Shown one piece after another: positions 8,799-17,654 of a DNA stretch of 64,000 nt. The stretch spans positions 54,257 to 118,256 of the forward strand of contig JAZAMN010000062.1 in NCBI GenBank assembly GCA_036229005.1. Reading direction: 5' to 3'. The translations under genes were made by a program, and so were the position numbers. Below the pieces are notes generated by a model. The model worked only from the letters and a program-made list of their open reading frames with translations. It searched no databases and was not told the origin of the DNA. The stretch comes from Myxococcota bacterium. GTDB taxonomy: Bacteria; Myxococcota_A; UBA796; CAJQPC01. Each line of letters starts with the position of its first letter. Position 1 is the stretch's first letter.

Positions 8799-9728
8799 TC
8801 AGAACTCCTCGCGGGCGCGGTCCCGCTTTCGCTTGGCGAGCACCTGGGCGCCCCGGCTGCGGTTCCGGAGCACCAGCGCCCCCATCCCGAACAGCACGGA
8901 GCCCAGGCCGACGCTGCCCAGCCACCAGGCCGCGTTTCCTTGCTGGGGGACAGCCGCGGGGGCCACTCGGGGCCTTGGGGCCGGCGTCGTGGGCTCCGGA
9001 GGGGGCAAGGGCCGGGCCTCCGATGCGCCGCCCGGATCGAACCCCGGGGCCTTGGCCTGGGCGAGTGACCAGGAGGCCAGCTCCGATGCCGCCGCCTCGG
9101 GAGCCAGGTGGGCGTTGGGGTGCAGGGTGTAGAGCACGCCGCCGCCGGGCAGCCCGACAAGGACCGTGTCCGGTGGCGGGGTCCCGCCGCTGCGCAGCCC
9201 GAAGGCCACACCGGCGGTGGTCGTTGGGCAGGGGTAACGCACCAGCTCCGCCTCCAGGCCCAGCGCGTCCACCAAGGCCAGGCTCACCAGCGCGGCCGAC
9301 AGGGTGTCCGCGGACTCCGGGTCCAGGAGGAGCTGCCAAGGCTGGAGCAGCTCGGGGCCCCGCGCCAGGGCGACCTCGTGTTCGAAGCTGCCGTTCTGCA
9401 TCAGCCCGACCACCTGGGCGATCTGCAGCGGTGCGGTCTGGGCCGAGGGCAGCCCGGCTGCCCGGAGCGCGTCCAGCAGCCCCTCGATCTGCTCGGCCTG
9501 GAGCTGCTCTGAGGGGGAGGTGGCGGCGGGGGGCGCCTGGGTCCAGGAGATGGGGACCTGCACGTGCACGGTCCACGGGGTGGTGTCCGGCGGCAGGACG
9601 CGCGCGAGCTCCTCGACCTCGTGCTGGGGGACAGCGACCTCGCGGGCGGTGACGAGCCCCGGGTCCAAGCGCACAGAGAAGGCGGCGGAGGAGGTGGGGA
9701 TCAGGGCCAGCAGCATCGAGATCCCCAC
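8799..9728 (-). CDS. Exported membrane-anchored protein; probable inactive transglutaminase paralog
   Basis: Signal peptide; 'LLLDPESADTLSAALVSLALVDALGL' aligns by eye with the neighbour's 'MLVDEQGDCDDAAILMSALLLELGY'; Pro-rich linker, TM helix, basic tail. Confidence 0.65.
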   Translation of the reverse strand: MGISMLLALIPTSSAAFSVRLDPGLVTAREVAVPQHEVEELARVLPPDTTPWTVHVQVPISWTQAPPAATSPSEQLQAEQIEGLLDALRAAGLPSAQTAPLQIAQVVGLMQNGSFEHEVALARGPELLQPWQLLLDPESADTLSAALVSLALVDALGLEAELVRYPCPTTTAGVAFGLRSGGTPPPDTVLVGLPGGGVLYTLHPNAHLAPEAAASELASWSLAQAKAPGFDPGGASEARPLPPPEPTTPAPRPRVAPAAVPQQGNAAWWLGSVGLGSVLFGMGALVLRNRSRGAQVLAKRKRDRAREEF

Positions 9729-10394
9729 CTAAAGACACGCCTCCACCAGCATGCTGGCTTGCATCGCGTGGCGCAGGCGAGGTGCGTCGTCCGCCCCCTG
9801 CGGGAGATCGCTGGCGAAGGCCTCGGCCCAGCGCTCGATGGCGCCCAGGCGGTCGGCGGGGGACCAGGGCTGGGACCACCCGGCGGGCCCCACCGCGAGC
9901 TGCACGACGCTGCCCAGCAGACACGCCAGGTCCCACTGCTCGGGCTGCACCACCGTGGGGCGGGACACCGACCAGAGCCAGACGCGGTAGTCGAGCTGGC
10001 CGCTCTGGGCGGGGATGGGGCCGGCGCCGAAGGGGAAGAGGGTGCAGCGGTTCAGGCCGATGTCCACCAGGCCCAGGCGCTTGTAGAAGGTGAGGTTGCC
10101 GGGGTGGACGGCGCCGTGGTGGCGGCCGCTGGCGTGGAGGTCCTGGAGCAGCGGGTAGCTGAGCTGGAAGAGGTCGCGGGAGGCCTCCAGGCGCTGCTGA
10201 TCGTCCAGGCCCTGCACGCGCTCCAGGGCGCTCTGGCCGCGCTGACGGGGCCTCCGGAGCCGCAGCCCGCCGCGCTCGAAGGCGTAGTGCAGGATCTCCT
10301 TCTCCTGGTGCGCGGCCTCCGCCAGCGCCAGGCTCGCGCGGGTGCGCTCCACGCCGGGGAAGAAGCGCTCGATGATGGGGGGCGTGTCGGCCAA
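9729..10394 (-). CDS. Protein-kinase-like protein, probable pseudokinase
   Basis: 'LHASGRHHGAVHPGN...LVDIGL' matches catalytic-loop/DFG spacing but lacks the catalytic Asp; TTG start after an AGGAC-like element. Confidence 0.55.
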   Translation of the reverse strand: MADTPPIIERFFPGVERTRASLALAEAAHQEKEILHYAFERGGLRLRRPRQRGQSALERVQGLDDQQRLEASRDLFQLSYPLLQDLHASGRHHGAVHPGNLTFYKRLGLVDIGLNRCTLFPFGAGPIPAQSGQLDYRVWLWSVSRPTVVQPEQWDLACLLGSVVQLAVGPAGWSQPWSPADRLGAIERWAEAFASDLPQGADDAPRLRHAMQASMLVEACL

Positions 10395-10430
10395 GGAGTC
10401 CTCGCTGGGGTGTTCAGGCGATCGCCGGGG

Positions 10431-11144
10431 TCACCTGGACCCGGCAGTCCGGATCTGGGGGAAGCTGGCCCGCAGGCCGCCGAAGATGGCCTCCTCGGCG
10501 TTGGCGGTGAGGTCCTGCTGCAGGGCGATGCCGCTCAGGCGCTGGTCGACCTCGACGCGGGCGCTGCTCATGGCCTGGACCTGGACGCGCCCGTGGTAGG
10601 CGGCGGTCAGGTAGTCGAAGACATGCAGGGTGGCGGCGTAGGCGCCGGGCTCGAAGGTCTCCTCGGCCTTGGCCTCGTGGGGGAAGGCGAAGGTGTCGAC
10701 GGCCGCCACGATCACCACCTGGGCGGCGTCCAGGCTCCGCAGCAGGCTGTCCGCGCGGGCCTCCATGAAGAAGGGGGAGGTGGGCTGGCCGGCGCTGAGC
10801 TTGTGGAGCTGATCCAGGCGCGGATTGGTCTCCAGGACCAGGCTGATGGTGGGCTGCTTGCCGGAGTCCAGGCTGGGGTCCAGCAGGGCGCCGTCCGTCA
10901 CGAGCAGGGCGCTCTCGCCGATGACGACCGTGCCGGCCAGGGGCTCGATGACCTGGGTGTCCTTCTGACCCTTCACGCCCGCGAAGGCGGTCTGCAGGGC
11001 CTTCCAACGCTCCAGGTGCGGACCCAGTTGGGCGCCGTGCTCCGCCTGCCACTGCTGCTCCCACGAGGGGGGCTTGGGGGCGGGCTCGGACTCCCCGCCG
11101 CAGGCGAGGCCCAGGGCGAGGGTGAACATCAGGGGCAGAGACAT
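10431..11144 (-). CDS. Lipoprotein, unknown function
   Basis: 'LALGLAC' lipobox; 3-nt gap from the tubulin-like gene. Confidence 0.7.
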   Translation of the reverse strand: MSLPLMFTLALGLACGGESEPAPKPPSWEQQWQAEHGAQLGPHLERWKALQTAFAGVKGQKDTQVIEPLAGTVVIGESALLVTDGALLDPSLDSGKQPTISLVLETNPRLDQLHKLSAGQPTSPFFMEARADSLLRSLDAAQVVIVAAVDTFAFPHEAKAEETFEPGAYAATLHVFDYLTAAYHGRVQVQAMSSARVEVDQRLSGIALQQDLTANAEEAIFGGLRASFPQIRTAGSR

Positions 11145-11147
11145 GGC

Positions 11148-14100
11148 TCAGTCCAACGGAGGGGGCTCGTCGTCGTCCAGGGGCGGCGGCTCGTCGTCCA
11201 GAGGCGGGGGGCCCATGCGCTCGGCGATCTCGGGGACCTCGGCGGCGAGCTTCCAGGCGCGGCCGAACTCCCGGGTCCAGACCTTGTGCACGGAGTCGGG
11301 GGAGGAGGAGGCGGCGTCCGCGATGAACTGTGCCGTCTGCACCCCCTTGCGCTCTCCGTCGCACGCATAGTGGAAGGAGCTCCCGGCATCGACGAGGTCA
11401 GGCTGGCCCCCATCATCGGGGGGCGGCCCGGCGCTCAAGGCCTGCTTGACGGCGGAGAGCTCGGCGGCGTCCTTCCACCCGGACCAGCCGGTGGCGAACA
11501 CGCGGTGGCGCGCGCTGGGGGCGGCGACCACGCGCTCGGCGATCTGCTCGGCGCTCAGGCCCTGCTCCTTGCCCTGGGGGCCGGCGTACCAGTAGGTGGT
11601 GGCCGACTCCTCGAACTCGGGCAGGTCGTGGGGGGGCTTGAAGGCGCCCCAGTTCAGCGCCAGGCGGGGGAACTGCAGGGCCAGGCGGCCCATCTCGTCG
11701 CGGGACTGCCGCAGGGCGCCCATGCGGGTCATGCGGTCGATCTGCTCGCGCACCTGGGGGAGCAGGCCCCACTCGTCCACGCGCAGCTCGTCGGGGACGT
11801 CCGCGCTGCCCGGCACGGGGAGGCCAGGGGACTTGTAGATGGGCTGGGTCCACTCGCTCAGGCTGCCCATGCGCTGGATGCGGCGGGCGATGAGCTGCTC
11901 GGGAGCGATACCGGCGGCCAAGGCCATCTGGATCCACTCCTTGCGGATCTCGGAGACGGCGAGGTTCTCCAGGGAGCCGCGGGCCTGGACCACGCTGGCG
12001 CCGGACTGCTCGGTGACGTTGACCACCGGGTAGACGCAGTAGAGCCAGTAGTCGGCCAGACAGACCAGGTCGCCGTAGTCGCCGCCGGCGTCCATGAGGT
12101 CCTGGATGCGGCGCTCGATGTCGGCGGTGAGCTGCTGCACGAAGCCGCGGTCGGCGGACAGGTTGCGCAGGACGGTGGCCTCGACGCCCAGCTCCTCCCA
12201 GGCCACGTCCAGGGCGGTGGAGCGGCGGCGGCGGGTGAAGGAGACGCGCTCGTCGTCACCGTGGCGGCGACGGCGGCTGCAGATCAGCCCCAGCATCTGG
12301 GCCTGGGTGAAGAGCTTCCACGCGCGCTCGGTCCAGCGCACCTCCTGCTCCTCCAGCGGGACCATGTCCTGGAAGGTGTGGAAGTCCGTGTGGATGTGCA
12401 GCGCGGCCGGCCGGACGGGGTCGTAGAGCATGCGCTCGTAGTGAGCCTCCATGCCTCCGGCGCCGTGTACTTCGCCGATGTAGTAGGCCGCGAAGGCCGA
12501 CCACTCGGTGAAGAAGACCAGCTCGCTGGGGTCGTTGGTGCCCACCTTCTGCGGACGGAAGGGCAGCTTGTGGGGCTGGCAGGCCTTGAAGGCCGAGAAG
12601 AGCTGGTCCACGAAGCGGCCTTCCAGGGTGGACAGCCCCAGGAAGGCGTCCGCGACGGGCTCCAGGGTGGCGCCGCCGGTGGGGTCCTTGGGCGTGGGCT
12701 CGATCCAAGGCAGGCCCTTGTCGTAGAGCTGCTTGAGCAGGACCTGGACCTCGGACCAGGGCATCTGCTCCAGGGCGGCGAGCAGGCTGTAGCGATGCAG
12801 GAAGCCGGGCTGGGGCTCACTGTCCTCGCCGACGAACGCAGCCGTCCTCCCGGTCTCGTCTCCCTTGAGGGCGAAGAAGGATTCGGCCGCGAGCTGGTCA
12901 CGGAATCGATCCCGCTCTCCCCCCAGGCGGGCCTCGAGATCGCTGAGGGTGTCGATGCCCATGCGACGGAGGGCCCCGGCCAGCAGCTTCTCCAGGCGCT
13001 CCCGGCGCTGCCCCGCGTCGGCCCCCAGGTAGGGCTCCAGCAGGCCCTGCAGGCTGTCCTGCAGCGGGACCTCGATGAACAGCGTGGAGGGGACGGGGTC
13101 CGCGAAGTGGTCGCGGAAGTTGGCGTACCAGCCCTCCAGCTCCTGCATGTGGGCCACGATGCCGTCGATGCGGGTGAGCTGCTCGCGGATCAGCTTGCGC
13201 ACGCCCTCCAGCGCGTCCACGCCCTCCGCGCAGATGTACTCTGTGACGCGGGCGCGCCAGTGGCGGACGAAGGCCTCCGACGCCATCTCCAGGGCGGCGT
13301 GGTGGTTGTCGGCGCTGGGCAGCAGCCCCTTGGAGGCCTGGTGGGTGTTGCGCAGCAGGCGCTCCCACTCGGTCTTGGCCTCTTCGGCCTCGCGCTGCTT
13401 CTCGGTGCGCATGTGGCGCAGCCAGTCGATGAACAGGGCCTTGTCCCAGGGCCGCTCCAGCTCCTCCAGGATGGACTGGAGGATCTCGCGGACGCCGGTG
13501 ATCCCGACTCCTCGCCGGCGCCTGAAGGTCTCCACGACATCGGGGAGCCGGCCCCGGACAGCGCGGAGGTAGGCCTCCCGGTTCTTGGTGATCTGCAGCG
13601 CCCAGTCACCCTCGTTCCCGGCGGAGTATGGGTCGCCGAAGAGCTTGCGGACGTGGCGGAAGTGCTCCTTGGCGAGCTCCTCGGTGCTCTTCTCGTGGAA
13701 CATCTCCTCCGACAGGGAGACCAGCTCGTCGCCCAGCTCCTGGATGTGCTCGAAGATGGTGCTGGCGCTGGTGCGCGTGCCCTTCTGCTGGGCCAGGGCG
13801 TCGCGGACCTGGTAGACGCGGCTGCGGGAGCCGTCCTCGTCCACCAGGGTGCCCTGGTAGAAGCCGCACTCGACCATGAAGCGGGTGCGCCAGCCGGTGA
13901 GCACGTCGCCGAGCTGCCCGCCGTGGCCGGGGTCCAGCAGGCGCACCATCTCGGCGGCCAGGTCGAACTTGGCGTAGTTCAGAAGGCGCCAGGAGGGGTA
14001 GACCAGCTTGGAGAGGCCGAAGCTGACGAACGCGGTCTGGTACTGCTCGGCGTGGGTCTCGCGGGGCTTGCCGTCGGCGCCCTCGACCACGTAGTCGTAG

Positions 14101-15110
14101 CCGACGAAGGAGCTCAGGTACTGCTCGCGGTTGACGCGCACGCCCTCGACCCAGGACTTCATGCGGCCGCCGGCGAAGTCCAGGAAGAGCTGCTCGCCGA
14201 TCACGCGGTAGGCGTCGGCGGGGTCGGCCATGGACTCGGCCAGGGCGTTGGTCCCGGAGAGCAGCACGTAGCGGTTGTAGAGGGGGGCGGCGTCGGCGCG
14301 GGCCTGGTGGTCCCACTGCACCTGAAAGCGGTGGCTCAGGTAGTGGTTGATCTCGCGCAGGGCGGCGTAGCCGTTGGCGGCCAGCTTGGGGAACTTGGTG
14401 TCCGCGCCCTTGTAGACGCCGGGGAGCACGAAGATGCCCTCCAGGTCGAACTCGCGGCCGGCGAAGCTCGCGCGGATCAGGGCGGCCAGGTCCAGGAACA
14501 TGCCCGAGCCGGTGCCGCCGGCCAGACCGGCCACGACGACCACGCGCACCTTGCCCTTCTGGAGGCGCCCGTCGTCCAGGTTCTGGGCGGTGATCTCGGA
14601 CCAGCAGCGCTCCAGGGCGGACTGGATCAGCGCCCGGTTCTGGAAGAAGACCAGCCGCGAGAGGGGGCGGATCTGGCCCGCGCCCTTGGACAGGTCGAAG
14701 TTCCGGGAGCTGTCCAGCGCGGTGTCGTCCCACCACTCCTTGATGTGGGGGTGCCGCGCCATGTTGTGGAGCACCACGTTGAGGTCGGCGCTCAGGTTGA
14801 TGCGCTGGGTCTCGTCGAAGGAGACCAGGTCCTCGTAGGGGGACTGCTCGCTGGTGGCCTCGGGCCGGGCGGACTGCAGATCGGTGTCCAGGCTCAGGTA
14901 GGCCACGCCGGGTAGATCCACCCGGCCAAAGCGCTGCACCTTCATCTCGCGCAGGTGCTGCAGAGCCTTGGCGCCGGTGCCTCCCAGGCCGATCAGCAGG
15001 GTGCGGGGGTAGCGGCCGTGCTCGGCGGACTCGACGTAGCGCTGCAGCGCGTCGCGGTCCTCGGCGTCGTTGAAGCGGGAGAGCTTGCCCCCGGTGCGGT
15101 ACTGGCTCAT
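11148..15110 (-). CDS. Large tubulin/FtsZ-like GTPase (Tubulin_2-type) with coiled coil and two C-terminal GYF_2-like domains
   Basis: 'IGLGGTG', 'GAGQ.R..SR', 'GLAGGTGSG' signature; C-terminal 'YWYAG..G...G......VF..GW.GWK' twice; PPPLDD tail; GGAGG RBS. Confidence 0.88.
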   Translation of the reverse strand: MSQYRTGGKLSRFNDAEDRDALQRYVESAEHGRYPRTLLIGLGGTGAKALQHLREMKVQRFGRVDLPGVAYLSLDTDLQSARPEATSEQSPYEDLVSFDETQRINLSADLNVVLHNMARHPHIKEWWDDTALDSSRNFDLSKGAGQIRPLSRLVFFQNRALIQSALERCWSEITAQNLDDGRLQKGKVRVVVVAGLAGGTGSGMFLDLAALIRASFAGREFDLEGIFVLPGVYKGADTKFPKLAANGYAALREINHYLSHRFQVQWDHQARADAAPLYNRYVLLSGTNALAESMADPADAYRVIGEQLFLDFAGGRMKSWVEGVRVNREQYLSSFVGYDYVVEGADGKPRETHAEQYQTAFVSFGLSKLVYPSWRLLNYAKFDLAAEMVRLLDPGHGGQLGDVLTGWRTRFMVECGFYQGTLVDEDGSRSRVYQVRDALAQQKGTRTSASTIFEHIQELGDELVSLSEEMFHEKSTEELAKEHFRHVRKLFGDPYSAGNEGDWALQITKNREAYLRAVRGRLPDVVETFRRRRGVGITGVREILQSILEELERPWDKALFIDWLRHMRTEKQREAEEAKTEWERLLRNTHQASKGLLPSADNHHAALEMASEAFVRHWRARVTEYICAEGVDALEGVRKLIREQLTRIDGIVAHMQELEGWYANFRDHFADPVPSTLFIEVPLQDSLQGLLEPYLGADAGQRRERLEKLLAGALRRMGIDTLSDLEARLGGERDRFRDQLAAESFFALKGDETGRTAAFVGEDSEPQPGFLHRYSLLAALEQMPWSEVQVLLKQLYDKGLPWIEPTPKDPTGGATLEPVADAFLGLSTLEGRFVDQLFSAFKACQPHKLPFRPQKVGTNDPSELVFFTEWSAFAAYYIGEVHGAGGMEAHYERMLYDPVRPAALHIHTDFHTFQDMVPLEEQEVRWTERAWKLFTQAQMLGLICSRRRRHGDDERVSFTRRRRSTALDVAWEELGVEATVLRNLSADRGFVQQLTADIERRIQDLMDAGGDYGDLVCLADYWLYCVYPVVNVTEQSGASVVQARGSLENLAVSEIRKEWIQMALAAGIAPEQLIARRIQRMGSLSEWTQPIYKSPGLPVPGSADVPDELRVDEWGLLPQVREQIDRMTRMGALRQSRDEMGRLALQFPRLALNWGAFKPPHDLPEFEESATTYWYAGPQGKEQGLSAEQIAERVVAAPSARHRVFATGWSGWKDAAELSAVKQALSAGPPPDDGGQPDLVDAGSSFHYACDGERKGVQTAQFIADAASSSPDSVHKVWTREFGRAWKLAAEVPEIAERMGPPPLDDEPPPLDDDEPPPLD

Positions 15111-15132
15111 GCGAGCCTCCTGTGGGGGCGGT

Positions 15133-15504
15133 TCAGTTGCGGACGGCGACGAGGGCGTAGATGCCGTGGATCAGCCACAGCGCGCCGACCACGCCCACCC
15201 AGATCAGCAGCTTGCCGGGGAAGCAGTTGGTCACCGCAAAGGTCATCCCCACCAGCCCCAGGTTGGCCAGCAGGATGGCCAGGGAGATGCCCGTGTGGCG
15301 CGCGCTCAGGGGGGAGCGCCCCTTGTTGATGGCGGCGCGCTCGATGATCCGGGGCAGCAGGAAGAGGGCGACCACCCCCACGAACAGCGTCCCGATGCCG
15401 ATGAAGATCTGCTGGGCCTGGTTGGGAGGACAGCAGGCGCCCTCCTCGCAGGCGGCCTCGGTGGCCTCTTGGGCCCAGGCCGGGAGGGAGAAGAAGAGGT
15501 GCAT
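15133..15504 (-). CDS. Small membrane protein (signal peptide plus about 3 TM helices)
   Basis: AGGAG RBS before MHLFFSLPAWA; hydrophobic segments; first gene of the tubulin-like run. Confidence 0.65.
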   Translation of the reverse strand: MHLFFSLPAWAQEATEAACEEGACCPPNQAQQIFIGIGTLFVGVVALFLLPRIIERAAINKGRSPLSARHTGISLAILLANLGLVGMTFAVTNCFPGKLLIWVGVVGALWLIHGIYALVAVRN

Positions 15505-15718
15505 GGGGTGCAAGGGGCTCCTTGAGGGAGGGGAGAATAGCAACGGGGTGTCTTCGAGCTCTCGGGCCCACCGTCTCCACCCCTGGGTACGCGCCCCCGC
15601 CCGACGCTATTCGGCCCCAGCGAGGTGCGGCTGGGTGCGAGCCCCGTCACACATCCTCTTCCCTGGGCGTAGCGCTTGAGTGATACCGTTGTCTGGACCT
15701 TTTGAGTTGGAGGGGGAG

Positions 15719-16336
15719 ATGTTCGCGATTCTCATGCTGGTGGCCTGTGGCGACCAACCGGTTTGCAGCTACGACGTGCAGGACATCGCGGCCGACGAGC
15801 AGACGGAGTTCGGCGCGCCCCAGGAGCTGGTGGACGCCCTCAGCGCCACGGAGCTGGAGGGCCGCTGGGCCAACGGGGACCCCGTGGGGGTGACCCTCTC
15901 GGTGACCCTGGGCCAAGACAGCGCGGAGCTGTGGACCTTGGAGACCGGGCCCAACACGGGCTGGCGCTACATCGACCCCTGGTCACAGGACATCCAGATC
16001 ACCTGTGTGGAATTCCAGAAGGTGCCCGCTCAGGTGGAGATCAGCACAGACGACGGCGCCGTCAGTGAGCGCTTTGACGTCGTCCTGAACTTCAACGGCT
16101 ACGGGGGGAGCGCCGCCGCCTCGGTCCCCCTGGGCACCCGGCGCTGGGACCTGATGCGGGAGGACCCCGCGCAGTGGGACACCACCACCCTGCGGCTGAG
16201 CCTGGACCGCCTGGAGGCCCCGGTCTCCGGGAGGCTCGACTGGAGCGGCCAGGGCGGACCCGAGGACTACGGCGAGCGCCTGCTGAACTTCGATGAGATC
16301 TCCGCGGACACCGGCGACACCGGCGGTGGAGAGTGA
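15719..16336 (+). CDS. Acidic lipoprotein, tandem paralog 1
   Basis: 'MFAILMLVAC' lipobox; GGAGG RBS; shares an N-terminal motif with the next two genes. Confidence 0.7.
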   Translation: MFAILMLVACGDQPVCSYDVQDIAADEQTEFGAPQELVDALSATELEGRWANGDPVGVTLSVTLGQDSAELWTLETGPNTGWRYIDPWSQDIQITCVEFQKVPAQVEISTDDGAVSERFDVVLNFNGYGGSAAASVPLGTRRWDLMREDPAQWDTTTLRLSLDRLEAPVSGRLDWSGQGGPEDYGERLLNFDEISADTGDTGGGE

Positions 16337-16983
16337 CCCCGATGCTGTTGCTCGCGCTGAGCGGCTGCGCAGAGCACCGCACCCACAGCAAGCGCTGCGT
16401 CTACGAGCCCATCGAGATCCCCGACGATGAGCCCACCGAGCTGGGCACCGCCCAAGAGCTGCTGGCCGCCTTCGAGGGCTACTTCGGCGCGGAGGGCACC
16501 TGGGCGGACGGCGAGATCACCGGGGTCGAGCTCGAGGTCCGCCGGGCCAGCGGGGCTGCGGTCCTGGTCCAGGCCGAGCTGGTGGAGGAGGTCAGCGTCA
16601 ACGGTCGGGGCGTGCGCGAGCAGGACTACTACCCCATGGTCAACGTCCTCTGCAGCAGCCGCCTGGAGGTCCCGGTCAATCTGGCCCTGCGCAGCGACGA
16701 CGGGCGCCTGGACGTGGTGCTCGGCGCCCAAGCGCAGAGCCTGCCGGGGGCCGAGGACCCCGAGCGTCGGATCTGGGCCAACCTGCCCCTGGGGGACGTG
16801 GACCTCCCCGCCACCACGCAGGACCCCGCCGACTGGGACGTGCCCCGGTTGATATCCAGCCTTGAGCTTCACGAAGGCCTGATCGACAATGGCCGCGTGG
16901 CCTGGGAGGCCCAGCAGGACGGGGAGGCGGTCTCCGAGACAGTCCTGGAGTTTGAGCAGCAGGCGGCCGACACCGGGCACTGA
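16333..16983 (+). CDS. Acidic lipoprotein, tandem paralog 2
   Basis: 'MLLLALSGC' lipobox (alternative ATG at 16342); GTGA overlap. Confidence 0.7.
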   Translation: MTPMLLLALSGCAEHRTHSKRCVYEPIEIPDDEPTELGTAQELLAAFEGYFGAEGTWADGEITGVELEVRRASGAAVLVQAELVEEVSVNGRGVREQDYYPMVNVLCSSRLEVPVNLALRSDDGRLDVVLGAQAQSLPGAEDPERRIWANLPLGDVDLPATTQDPADWDVPRLISSLELHEGLIDNGRVAWEAQQDGEAVSETVLEFEQQAADTGH

Positions 16984-16993
16984 GGGAGGACGG

Positions 16994-17632
16994 ATGGGAA
17001 TCGGGGTGACCTTGCTGGGGCTGCTGGCCTGCAGCACGCAACTGGAGGGGGAGGGGGATGTGTGTCAGAGCGTTGGCATGGACCCCCTCACCTGGAGCGA
17101 GTCCACGGAGCTCGGTGTGCCGGAGGACGCCATCGACGGCCTCGCGCTGGACCAGTGGGTGACGGGCACCTGGTGGGACGGGGAGCCGGGCCAGGTCCGC
17201 ATCCAGCTTGAGGCGGAGACCGACGAGGAGCCCCAGTGGTTGTACTTCTCCAGGGGCGCAGGCAGAGAGGGCAAGGAGCGCTTGTTGGCGCTTCGCTCGG
17301 GAAGCGAGCCCGCCGACGACTGCAGGGACCGGATGCTCATCCCGGTGCGCTACACGCTCGAGAGTGGCGAGCGGGACTTCTACCTGCAGGGGGGCGACTT
17401 CGCCTTCATGGGCTCCATGCAGGTCGGGGAGATCAGCCACGACTCCTACCTGCTCGCCGCCATCCCGGATGGCGATGACGTGCCCATGGAGCTCGAGCCC
17501 GGCGGCGCGCTCTGGCTCATGCTGGACGTCAGCGCCGGCGAGGGCGAGATCGACAGCTTCTCCCTGCACGTGCGTCGGGAGGACCTGGAGACCGGGGCGG
17601 GCCGCTGGCAGGAGCTCTTCGAGGGGGAGTGA
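16994..17632 (+). CDS. Acidic lipoprotein, tandem paralog 3
   Basis: 'MGIGVTLLGLLAC' lipobox; GGAGGA RBS. Confidence 0.7.
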   Translation: MGIGVTLLGLLACSTQLEGEGDVCQSVGMDPLTWSESTELGVPEDAIDGLALDQWVTGTWWDGEPGQVRIQLEAETDEEPQWLYFSRGAGREGKERLLALRSGSEPADDCRDRMLIPVRYTLESGERDFYLQGGDFAFMGSMQVGEISHDSYLLAAIPDGDDVPMELEPGGALWLMLDVSAGEGEIDSFSLHVRREDLETGAGRWQELFEGE

Positions 17633-17654
17633 GGCTGCCCCAGGGCCGCTTGGC

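Noticed and set aside
6488..9652. 1054-aa plus-strand ORF
   Set aside because: Overlaps several well-supported minus-strand genes; Arg/Pro/Gly-rich composition with no recognisable motifs
9564..14915. 1783-aa plus-strand ORF
   Set aside because: Antisense shadow of the tubulin-like operon; stop codons are scarce on the reverse strand of GC-rich coding DNA; no motifs
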